Source of the DNA: Yuukianura sp. NJ FZ-2021 | Lineage: Eukaryota | NCBI GenBank assembly: GCA_046563655.1 | Contig: CM102284.1 | Coordinates: 7,130,001-7,194,000 of the forward strand | Direction of reading: 5' to 3' | Length of the DNA stretch: 64,000 nucleotides | In this document: piece by piece, positions 24,201 to 36,200 of the stretch | Numbering within the stretch: position 1 is the stretch's first letter | Layout of the letters: each line of letters starts with the position of its first letter | Translations under genes and position numbers: made by a program | The notes under the pieces: model-generated | Seen by the model: the letters and a program-made list of their open reading frames with translations, nothing else | What the model was told of the DNA's origin: nothing | The model's database searches: none

Positions 24201-27200
24201 TGGAAAGAAGTATAATACCAAAGCGAAGCTGCTTTTTCAAGATTTTTTTTAGAACAAGTTACCATTTAAAACCACACTTCCAATTAAAGTTAGTCAAAAA
24301 CCTGAGTTAGAAGTGCTTCAAGAAAATCTTCACTTTTTCTAACAATTTTCGCTAAATGTTTCATCCCAAGTTTACTTTAAAAAAAAACCGAAAATGAAAA
24401 AAACAGAAGGCACTGCACACAATTTTGAAGCCAAGGAGAGTCAGACGCCTAACACCAATTTTTAGGTTTTGTTGCCCGCTTTTTTTTTCTAAAGCTCTCT
24501 ATTTTTTGAAATTTTAGACTTTTTGGATTTTAGACAATTTTAGACCCCATTTTATGACAACCACTCCCTTAACATTATCATACTGGAAATTAATACTCTC
24601 ACTTACTGTTGGCTGAATATTTGGATCGATGCCGAAGAATTCAATAATTTTGAGTGTTGAAGGCGGGCGGGGGAGAGAAAGTCAAAAAACGGGAGTTTTT
24701 TCGGATTCGGATCAAAAATAGTTTTTTGATCGATTGATTGGTTATTTTAGTAGCATTGTCAGACAGACATTTTTTGTTTGTGTGTACAGACAGGAATTTG
24801 AGTGAGACACGCAGTAGGAACGTCAACCCAAACGCCCAAAGAAGATTCAGACAGACACAAAAATAAAGAACAAAATTACAAACCTTGTTTGTCATCTTCC
24901 AGTGAAAGTTCAAATTTTCAAATCAATTTTTTTGTGGTTAAAAAATTGATTAACAAAGAAATTGATTCTCATTCAAAATCCATTAAGAGAATCACGTTAT
25001 GTCAAAGAAATATTTGGAAATGTAATTACAGAAATTGGAAATTAAAAAATAATGAAAAGAAAGAGAAAGTAAAAGGATCAAGTGAACATAATTTGGAAAG
25101 TGGAAATTTTTTCTTTCAAAGCTCCAAAAAATCTACCACACCAAACTACATTTAAATTTCTACGAACAAGACTTTTAAGTGTAAGTCACAAAATCACACA
25201 AACTTTGCCTAGAAAGAAAGTGAAAGTGGCGATTAGTCATAAAACAATTAAAAGTGACAAAGTTAGGGTAACACACGGTTTTCAAAGTGAAAGTAGACGG
25301 TGGGCACTAGTGTAAAATTACAAAAAGACAATTTCAAAGAAAAAATATGAAAAACAGGCAAACCACCACACACGACACGTCCAAAAAAACAACAAACACA
25401 ATAGAAACGGGTGAAGTACGGGTCAAAGGTCATGGGAAAAAGTGAAGGTCGTGTCAAGGTAAGGGGTGGAATTTAGCATGCGTTTTTCAATCGTTAGGGG
25501 AAGAAAAGTAACCTTGGATGTGACCTCTGGATAAATTTTTAAACAATGTTCAATTAAGGTGTTGCAAAGTGAAAGTGCGACAAGTGGTGCAAGTGCCTTG
25601 TGTTGTAAAACCAGTATTCTTTAAACTGCTGTCTAAAAACATAACTTTTTCAGAATTTTTAAACTCTTTTTGTGAAGGTTTTTCTTGACTTAAATTTCTT
25701 GTGTCGTTAGTTTTTTAGTAGCAATTTGAATTGCATGAGGAACATTTTTCGTAGCAGTTTAGCAATTAGGCATAAAATTTGCAAAGTTTGCAGAAGTATA
25801 AAAAGAGAGAAAAATGAGCCAAACTACAGGAACAACTTTTTTTGAAAAGTTCAAAATTGCATGTAAATTGTAACAACTTGTTCTGATTATGTAATTTTGT
25901 TAAAAAATTTTGAGAAAAGAAAGCTCCTCATGCCAAACAAATGCAACAGGAAGTGTTACTGGAGTTTTCCTCAATGTAAAAAAAAGTTTCAAAAAACTAA
26001 ACAAGTTACGAATTACTGAAAATGAGGGAGAGAAATGTCTTTTGGTTACAAAAATGTTAGATTTTGATGAGGATATTTTGTGGAAATTTTTCACAAAAAC
26101 CGAATTTGTCATCAACAACATCCAACAACTCTACGTACTCAAAAAAGTTTAGCCAAAAATCCAACTTGTGCGGATTCTACTGCCGTAATTTCTACTTTTT
26201 GACCATCCAAATCATAATTTAGCGCAACAACGTCGACTGCATCACATTAAAAAATACCGACTTTTTGCAAACTCAAAATCGGATGCTGGCAAGCATTTTG
26301 CATTTAAAAATGTCAAAAATGCGCTACGAAAAACCAACACTACTTCACTACAACTAACTACATTTTTTAAGCCTGAAAAGTGAAAGTCAAAGTTAGTTTT
26401 TAGAAAATAGAGTAAAAGAAGGCGATAGGAAAGGAGTAGAAAGTGCAAAAGTGAAGTGCAGAAGATTAGTAATTAAAGTTAGTTGTAAAGTTTTGTAAGT
26501 TAGTGAAGACTCAGTTACTAAAAAAAATTAGTCATTGTTTTTTGAAATTAGTAAGTTTTTTTGGAAAAGTTTTTGAATTATGAATGAGAATGATTGTCTA
26601 AAGCTCTTTGTTTAGGTTTTTTGTTAATTGTATATTGTAAGTACCATCTTCATCCGTTCGCACAATGATGGGATCCGTTGGAGGGCCATCCCCTACGGAT
26701 GTTCCCGCCAAAATCCAGATCCGGTACTGACTGTACTTGCGTAATTGGTCCATTACGAAGTCTCTCGCATTGGGATCACTGATTGTGACCTGAGATGCTT
26801 CCGTATCCGCCATTGTGTTGTCCACAAAATAGATTTTGTAGTACATGATATCTCCGTGCTGTTTGTCTTGTGGTGGTGGAGACCAAAAGATCCGAATGGA
26901 CGTAGAGTCATCCGGTTCACCGTGAAAGTTTTGTGGTGGAGCTCCAGGAGCTGTGTGTGTACAGTGGATAATGTTTGTAACATTGAAATTATAACTTCTT
27001 TGAAAAAAATAAAAGTTTTTGGAACTGTGAGTTTTGTAACATTTTTGAAATGTGTTTTGTTCTGGCTAATGAAATTGAATTTTTGTTCTGGTCTTGGCTA
27101 ATGAAATGAAATTGAAGTTTTCCGTATTTTTTTTTTGTTCTGGAACGAGTGAAAAAGTTTTCTGCGAACCTGTAGAATCCTAAATTTTCAAAAGATTTTC

Positions 27201-30200
27201 CAACTTTTTTCTGAAAACTTCGTTTTGGAATGTAAAAGTGGTTACGAGTAGCACGAAAGTATTTTTTGTGGTTTTGAAGTGCCAGGAGAAAGGCTTAAGA
27301 GCATTATTGTGCTTGTGCAGTGCAGTGTGAAAAATAACGAATTCACATCACAAAAATACAAAAAATATAGGAAAATTAGCAGTAAATTTTTTAAAGTTCA
27401 ACAGAAATTCTGATTTTTCTAAAAAGAAGAAACTTCAGAAAATACCCCAATTCCGATAATTCTCACCGTCTCACGAAATCATAAGTTTTGGTAAGTCTGT
27501 CGCCCTTGACTTGATGCCTAACCGCGCATGAGTAGCTACTAAACTTTGACCTCTTGACCTCAACTCACAGAAGAGAAATAGACCACTCACAAAACACAAG
27601 TAAAAATGGACCAATAGGGCTTGCTGAAAGAAGATTGCGGTCAATTACAAAAGCAAACTCGGACTTACTGTATTGTTCAGTCCGAACAAGCATTGGCGGA
27701 GTCGCTGCTCCTTCCCCCTTCCTGGACTTGGCTGACAACCACATAAAATACACCGTGTTCGGATACAGTCCTGTCAGCGTCGTGCTCTCCGTCACTGGAA
27801 TACTTCGATGCTCCTTGTCCTAAAAAACAAAACAAAATTTGAACATCCGATTTCCAATTCTTGAACGTTTTTTAAAAATATTCAAAACACTCACTTTTGA
27901 AAACGTGTCGTTCCAGTACAGCTCATAACCAACGACATTGTCTCCAACATGAAACGGTAGTTTCCACTCCAGAGTCACCGAAGTGGGCGTGGTTGCAGTA
28001 GCTCTAAAATCTCTTGGTTGTCCCGGTACTCCTTGTTCCGTTTTGGCTTGAATTGCAGGACTGACCGGTCCTGGACCAATGGCCGTGTAAGCTTGAACAC
28101 GTATTGTGTAAATCGTTCTAGGAATTAGCTCATGAATCGTTGTCATTGCATTGCTCTCGACTCTCTTGGCATCCCACTGTGGAAGCGGCAGAGTTGGATT
28201 CGTTGTGTAGTACACCTTGTAGCCCGTAATCTGTCCATTCGGCATTTCTGAAAAACCAAAATTTCAAAAACTTAAAATTCAAAAAACTTTCCTAAAATTA
28301 TCATTTGTGGTCCATTTCATTTTAAATTCTGCTGTCTTACCCGGTTCTTCCCAGTTGACAAGCATTTGACTGGAACTGAGCGGTCTTGCATGGACATTCT
28401 GTGGCGACGACTTGGGTTCTGAAAGTTTTGTCAAAGAATTACTAGACACCCTTAACTTTAAAATGTCATCAGTGCCCTAGCGCTCAATTTCATTTTTACA
28501 CATTGGCACAGACCCGTGACAACTTTCATTTGACATTTGACCCTCAGTAAAAGCTATGTGAGGCTTACTTGAACTTCCAAAGGGTGTATCCACTGCAGAA
28601 GCGTGCATTGATTACAAGAAGCGTGTGACAATTAATTACAATTACGCAATTATACACAACACAGCACTTATACTGCCAGTGTTACTTTGAATTTTTTATG
28701 AATCAACTTACTCGTTTCTCCAGTCGTTGCTTCCACCGGTGCCGATGGATGACCTCGTCCCACTTTATTGAAAGCGATGACACTGAATTCATATTCAGTG
28801 TATGGATTGAGCGCGGTAATCATTTGGTCTTGACTCAAGACGCCGCTGATTTCGGCAAAGTCTTGATTAGAAAACTTTGGTTTGTACTGAATGACATAGT
28901 AGGTCACATCTTCCTGATCATCTCCCTCATACGACCAGGTCAATCGAACTGATGTCGCCGTCACGTCACTCACTCGCACTTTTGTCGGTGGTTTCGGAAG
29001 GGCTAACAATTAAAAACCAAAAACGTAACAATTCGCTGCAAATTAACAAATGCTATTATCAACGTTTCGTAGTGTTAAAACAAGTGAAAAAAGAAAATTT
29101 CGAAAACTTTGTCAAAAAAGTGTCCACTTTGAACCTTCAAAACAAAGTTTTTGGTTCATTTCACGCTTCCTGTGAACGTTCTTTTCGATTGGTGAATTTA
29201 TTAGTCTTTTACTTACATTGCACTTTCACCGTCGTATTGATTTCCTTTGTTCCAAGTTTTGATGCTGCTACGCACGTATAAATCGACGTCTCTCGGATAT
29301 TTGTCAAAACCAAAACATTTTTGCCAATCGGAATCGCATCATCCGGTGTCAAGTCTTCCACTCCTTTACGCCACCTACAACAAAATTTGTTCAAAATTAC
29401 TGAAAATCTCAACCAAACAGATTTGAACAAATTGCGCAAGACTTTCAGTTATACCTGACAGTCGGCATTGGTGACCCCACAGCTACACAGGTCACGTTCA
29501 AATCCGCTCCCAGCATAGCTTCATACAGAGGATCCGGCGGTAGTGAAAATGTCGGAGCAACTCTCCTCTCTACAATAAACACACACAAAAGTAAGAAAAA
29601 TTGAATCATTTCACTTTACTCTTCAAAATTTTCACCCTATGTTAAAAAATTCAACAGAAGCCATCCCCCAGCTTATTGTTTCTGACACCTTTCTTTTCTC
29701 AAGTTAAAAAAATACTACGCACTTGCAGCTTTTTTCTTTCAATATAAAAGTTATAAATAAAAAGTTCCCAAAACTTTCTCCGGTTTCATTTTTTAAAGTT
29801 TTTTTCCTCCAAAAAAAAGTCCCCAGTAAACAGAGGTAAAAAGCAGCAAAGAAGCTCCAGAAGCAGCCAAATATGAAGATTTATTGGGCACCTCCATCTT
29901 TAACTTTGTTCTGTTTTCACTCGGGACTTTCTGTGCCTTTCCCTTCATAAACATCCGCTTGACGCTATGAATATTAATAGTCTCCCAAAGAACCACCTGA
30001 GCATTCCCTCCCTTTAAACTTATGCGCGCATTCGCACCAAAATTTGGAAAAAAAAGTCTAAACACAAAAATTCCCCAAATGTTGTTTTCTGCCTACTTTC
30101 TCTCCGTATCGTTAACCAAGTACTACAAGCATGCAGCGTAGTTGCCTCAAAATTAACATAAATTAGACATAACCATTAAAGTTAGAACAGAAGAAGAAGC

Positions 30201-33200
30201 GGGAAGATTGAAACCACGGCCGCAGTGTGCCCTGTGTCCAATTTCATCCCGCCACTTTCTCTTCCTGGATATCATAAAATAAGCTTCCGTTTATGGGCCT
30301 GGGGATGTGAAACTAATCGATGGAACTCTGCATAATTACAATGATGATGACGAGAATGAGAGGCTTCTTTCTTCCCGCAGAAAAGTTAAAACTTTTTTCC
30401 TCTTTCAAAAAAACTCAAAATGGCTCAACTCTTGCTGCCACTTCTGCTGGTCTCTCAAAAAATGAAAATGGAAAAACTTTCTCTCTAAAGAGCCTCGCAA
30501 TTTCCATTTTTTAGCAAGGAAGACTTTCTAGAGGACAGCAAAAAAGCAGGGTCCTAGAAAACTAGGAGCAACAAAAACACCACGGCGGCTCTTATTTTCG
30601 TAACGGCTCAAAAACTTTGAAGCTGTTTCGCCTAATTAAGGATATTGACTCCAAGCTAATTGGACTATTTAGAGGAACAAGCACAGTGTTATGGAAGGAC
30701 TCATCAAAATAACTGGAGGCTGTTTTCTGTTTTATAACGCGCCAGGAGATCATCTACTTACTCCCACGTGCGTGCCTCCTTCCTAATGCTTTCTCTTTTA
30801 ATAATAACTGAATTCACTAGTTAGTCCATTAGATCTCAAAGTTAGTAACGGAGGGAGTAACTATTAGAAAAACAAAGTGAAATTACCTTTTACAAATAAT
30901 TTGGCATTTGGACTAGTTTCAAAACCAATTGGATTCTCAACGACACACTCGTAGCCACCAGCATCTGCCTCTCCTGCATCCGTAATTTGAAGAGTTTCTG
31001 AAAAAAAATGGAAAAACATCTTGTTAGTTTTATTTTCAAATTTGAATTTACATCAACGCCTGCTTATTGGCAAAAAAAATTCAAACCTGTCCGACAACCG
31101 CTTCAATCATTTTTCTGTTTTTGAAAACCACTTCAATCACTTCTAGTTTCGAAAATCATTTCAATCACTTCCATCGTTATGCCTCTCAAAACTGCTGCGT
31201 TTTTGATAACCCAATTTCTGAAAATTCTAAATTTCCATTCCAAAATTGGTGTGTACACTTCATGGCTTAGCATGTTACGTTTCGAAATTTCTTCTCTTCT
31301 GTTCTAATCTAACTTCTGTTCTAAACGGTTGATCCTGTTTTAGTTTTCCAAGATAATCCCATTTGTCAAAAGATAAACTTTGGAAATGACAAGGCACATT
31401 GCCATAAATAATTAGAATGGGTGTCGCTTCTGGTTCCCTCTCTGAGCAGCTACTCTGGGCGACATTGTCGCCTTGGCTCTAAAACTTATCTTTAGTAGGT
31501 GCTGGACATGCTGCCCCAGTAGTCACTACGACAGGAACAGACTGGAGAGGATGAATTAATGATGTTTGTAGGACTAGGACCCACTTAGCTTCTACAACCT
31601 CCTAGCTTAGTTTCTGTCTCAATGATCATGATAAGTGTTTGTTTTGAGTAACAGGGAAGGACTTGTCCACTTAGCCAAAAGTGGTCACAGGGTACTTCAA
31701 CAAGTGTAAGGGCTCACGTTACACTCATTGCTTAACAGAGATTGACCATCACTTAAGCTTCGTCCAGAATCGTTTCAACTTTTCAAAATCTTGTTCAAAA
31801 TTTCAAATTCAAAGTACCTCCGATTTCTCCGATGAACTGGAATCTTTCACTGGGTTGAATTGGTAACAAGTCCTTCAGCCAAACGATTTTCAAAGGTTGA
31901 TTTCCCGCTGCATTACAACTGAGAGTCGCCGTTGTTCCTTTTTCCACAACTTTTTGAACTGGTGGATCCACAATCACTGGAAATCCAGTAGGAACTTCTC
32001 CTTCTGCCAAAATCAAAATGAAAAACAAACAAAAACGAGAAATTAGCTTTCAAAATTTTAAAATTTAACTTCCCTCAATAAACTTTTACTGCTCTACTCC
32101 CCCTCCAATGTTTGTTTTCCAAAGGTTACTTTTCCCTTCCCAAAAAAACTTTCTCTTGTAACATTTTTTCATTTAAAAAAAGCAAAAGCTGTTCACATTT
32201 TTATGTCCTCTGTCTCCATTTTTCAATTTTGCAAAATTGCACTACTACCCGGAAAAACTTCAGCGCCTTCTCAGCTGACTTGGCAAATTCCTTCCGCTTT
32301 CTCTTTTCCAGAGAAAATGAATTGTTCTCACATTTATTTCAAATTCAAATTGCAACTATACGGCTATAGTCTAATCCCTCCGCTTTCTCTCCTTTTTTTC
32401 TTAAACGACCTCAACAATAAATTTCAAATCAAATCAATTCTGCTCTCGTTTTATCACTTTCTTCCTTTTCTTCCTCTTCCGTGAAATCCATTTCCAGAAA
32501 TATGAATAATCGAACAGATCGCTTCCGCACGAAGGAAACGTCTCTTCTTCTTCTTCCAGGTTTTTCATTTTGATTCCTTACAACTTGTACTACTCAAAAT
32601 TTCAAAATTTTACCAAAAAGAAAAAGGAAAAGCCTATAACTTTCTCCTTCTGAGTCTAAAAGCAGGAAGGAAGGAAACGACGACCAAAATTGTCTCATGT
32701 CGCTCGAAATAATGATTTCATTCGATGAGCAGAATTGGATTTGGCATCCCTCTTACTTGCTTTTTCTCTTCCACAGACTTATATTTCCAACAAAAGCACT
32801 TTAGTCACCACCTTCTCCCCCAAAAACCTAAGAAAACTATAATTTGAAATGACTCAAAAATTGGAAACGTCGAACTTCGTCAGAGTTCTTTCACCTCCTC
32901 CACTTCAAATTGAGTTCGACCAGCCGACAGCTTCCATCAAACTAACAAACAGCGAGTGAAACCATAAGTATGTTTCACAATTTCAACTTTCTAACCACCA
33001 AAAACCTCCAAAAAGCATTTTCATTTGTCTCATTTTCACCAAAAAAATTTTAAACCCAGCACATCGTTTTTAATCAAACTAAACAACAACACAGAAAACC
33101 AGCAACGAGTTTCAAATTTTTGATTAACTTTCTTCAATTTTCTCATTTCCACCCAAAATTTGAAAACTAGCACCTCCCAAAATGGTTTTCAATTTTCAAA

Positions 33201-36200
33201 ATAATTACAAAAAGTACAGAGTCCTTTCAGCCAGCTGCATTGCACAACTTTTCAAACAAGAAAAGCTGAGACTAAAGAGAAAGTAATTTGAAAAAGCCGC
33301 TTTTTCTTTCCATTTCCACCACACTTTACGTTCCCGTCTGGAACTTCACTTTTCCTATTCCTCGCAGTAAAGAAAAAGTCATCGATCTGTCATAAATCTT
33401 CAATTCTCCCGCTCTAATCTACTTACAACTTTCTTTCATTTTCAACAGCGAGAGACCAAACCAGACATCCTTTCACTGTTCCCACCCTACGTCATGCTTC
33501 TCTTTCAACTTCCATTTTTGAGTCGCACTTTCTCCCAAAGTCCCCAAAGTTAAAACTCATGTTTTCTAAAATATTTATTTCCTTCCTTCCTCCTTTGTAA
33601 AATTTTTTATAAAGTGAAAGTCCCGAAATTTCAAATCCAATTAGAACTAGTAGGTCCAAAACCTTTTCTAGTAAATAGACTTTCCTAGTCGACTTTTTTC
33701 AACTCTTTAAATTCCTTTTTGCTCAATGCCCAACTTTCAAATTTCGTTGCAAATTAAACTTAGCACTCAAAATTGTACACATTGTACTCAGCGTTCTCTC
33801 TCACTTTTTAGTTCCTCTGAAAGGAGTATAGTCAGAAAAACTAAAAGTCGAAATGACTCTTCTGAGAGCGCGGGAAAGTTGATGATACGGGAGCTTTGAA
33901 CGGTGACTTGCAGGAGAGCTAGAAGCATGGATTTAATTTCTCCACGAGGGATCTTCTGGAACCTTCCACTTTCCTCGAAGACTTCTTTGTAATGACGAAG
34001 GAGACTCAAATTGACTTGGACCAAAATCCGTCTTGGAGAATGAGTCGATAAAAAATTTAAGTCCACCTAGGGACGTACTTAACCCAAATTCAGATACAAC
34101 GCACACACTAGTCTTCAAAGAAGAAGAAGATTTTACTATTGAAAGCTGAGTGAGAAGATGAGGGAAGAAGTGGGCGTTGGAAACAAAATAAGACTAAAGC
34201 TTAGTCCTTTCATCAGTGCTCTCTCAAGTCCCTCTGGTCTATGGAAGATTGAAGTTAGGACGAACGAGGTCGTTTCCCACAACATTAAATGAATTTGCAT
34301 TGCTTCCTTCAATCCTTCTGGGACAAATTGAGCAGGAATGTGTCAAGGAAGCACAAAATTTCAACGAAACAGTATACCAAAAGCATCATCATCATTTCTA
34401 TCTTCTCCGTTCTAAATCTCTCCAGCTCAGCATCCTTCCCAGAAAAATTACGACACAGGAAAATCTAAACATGCTCAATACATCTTTCTCCTCCTACGTT
34501 TTCCGACTTTCAAAATAACCCACCGATTCAGCAAAAGCAACATCTCTAAATTAAAAAAAATTTCAAAACGAAAACCGGAAAACCACAACTTGAAAAAAAT
34601 CAACCAAAACCACCAACATCCGCTTCAAAAATTCTCCCTGTCGTGATTCCTGACTGGGCAATTCACCTGATTCAAAAAGTTCTAACACAAATTCGAAATT
34701 TTGCTTTTGAAATGACGACCCGAACTTTGGCATGGTCCAGTTTCTTTAACTTTTGAACTCGTAACATTATTTTTGAGTAGCCAAAATGCGAAAGGAAAGT
34801 AGGCCTAACTTACACCTCGCCTAGTAAAAATGTTTGACAAGATAAAGTGGTCTATGGGATTTCAAAGCTCTGAACTGAGAAAGAATGACTAGAAATATTT
34901 CACTTCCAAGAAAAGATTCTCACGCCTCTCCCCTGCTTCTCCCTTGTTCTTTACAAACCTGAAAAATCTTGACTCCTGTTTATCATTCCAAACCAAGCCG
35001 GAAATATTTTACCCGGAAAAGCCAAAAAAAACTCACTTTTTACTTTTCCTAAAAATGCCTCGCTTTTCCTTTAAACAGTAAAAAAAACCTTACTCCTAAG
35101 TTGCGAAAAAAAAGTTTTCCTTTTTGCCAAAAAACTGTATTCTCACTATCCAAAAAACCTTGGCCAATTTGATTTTTCTTGAAGAAAAAAAAAGAGAGAT
35201 CCCTCCGTTATCCTCTTTTTTTTTCTTTTGAAGAGGAGAAAGTCCCCTCTTCTAAAATGGATAATGGCTCTCCCCTTTTACCTTCTCCAGCCACATCACT
35301 TTCCTAACCTAACATTCTCCAGCAGCACCAACCTAACAGCAGCAGCAACCTACCCTAACTCGACGTTTCCAGCTTAGAAACGTAACTCTACGGTCCCAGC
35401 GATTCCAGCGTAGATTCTTCCAGTCGCAACAGTCCCGAGAGACTCGTCCCACATTCTACGTTTCTGCAGCTCCTTTCTTTTCCACTTTCCTTTTAGACCG
35501 TCTTACACTAAAAGAACACTATTAATGCACCATCCCTCAGCACAAGAACAAGAGCACGAGGAATTCAAAAACTCCAGAAAACCGCGCGCAGCCTCTCGAC
35601 GACAGAAGAAAAGCATCCACATTAGGTAAAATTACCAATTCCATCAACAAAGCCAAGAAAAACGAAATCATGGTCCTCACTTTCTCTCTGTCTCATCACA
35701 ATCAGAGAGACGCAAGACAAAGGAATTCCAACAATTTAGCAGCCACTTTCTCCCTCCCGCTCAAAACTTCTTTGAATTCAGTTGGAATTGAAACCCTCCT
35801 GCGTACTTTCTCTTCGCCGAAATTTTCCCGCCAAACTTGTACTGCCTTAAACAGAAAGCTTAGGAGAAAGTCAAAGGAGAAGGAAATTGGAATGCCGGTT
35901 TTAGAAAGACTTAAACTTTCTTCTCCTCCATTGTTACAAAGGGAAAATTCCTTTCCAAAAAAAAGAGAGAAGAAGGTTTTTTTTCGAAAAACCCTCCCTA
36001 AAAGTACAGTTTATGAAGACAAATAAGTCCCTTAAGGTTGTGTGGGTAAATTCTCCATCTCTGTTCCCTTCTTCAGTCTTTTTTGTTTTTCCCTTGAAAT
36101 TGATGTTATCCCAACTTTTTCTTACTTTTTTTCCTTTTTAGACAAAAAGCAACAAATAACGTATACGGCTGAAGAAAGAAAAGGAAAAGACGCCTTTGTT

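Noticed and set aside
25513-25526. Possible microexon TTTATCCAG|AGGTCACATCCAAG|GTTACT
   Set aside because: At 14 nt it shifts the frame, the 12-nt variant needs a GAG acceptor, and the donor is weak.
27055-27120. Small tandem duplication (TTTTGTTCTGG...GGCTAATGAAAT) in a Lar intron
   Set aside because: Ordinary replication-slippage duplication with no functional signal.
30762-30782. Possible 21-nt Lar microexon at the Ig2-Ig3 (meB-equivalent) position
   Set aside because: The GTAAGT donor is good and the frame is preserved, but the acceptor (GAGAAAGCATTAG) is purine-rich with no pyrimidine tract.
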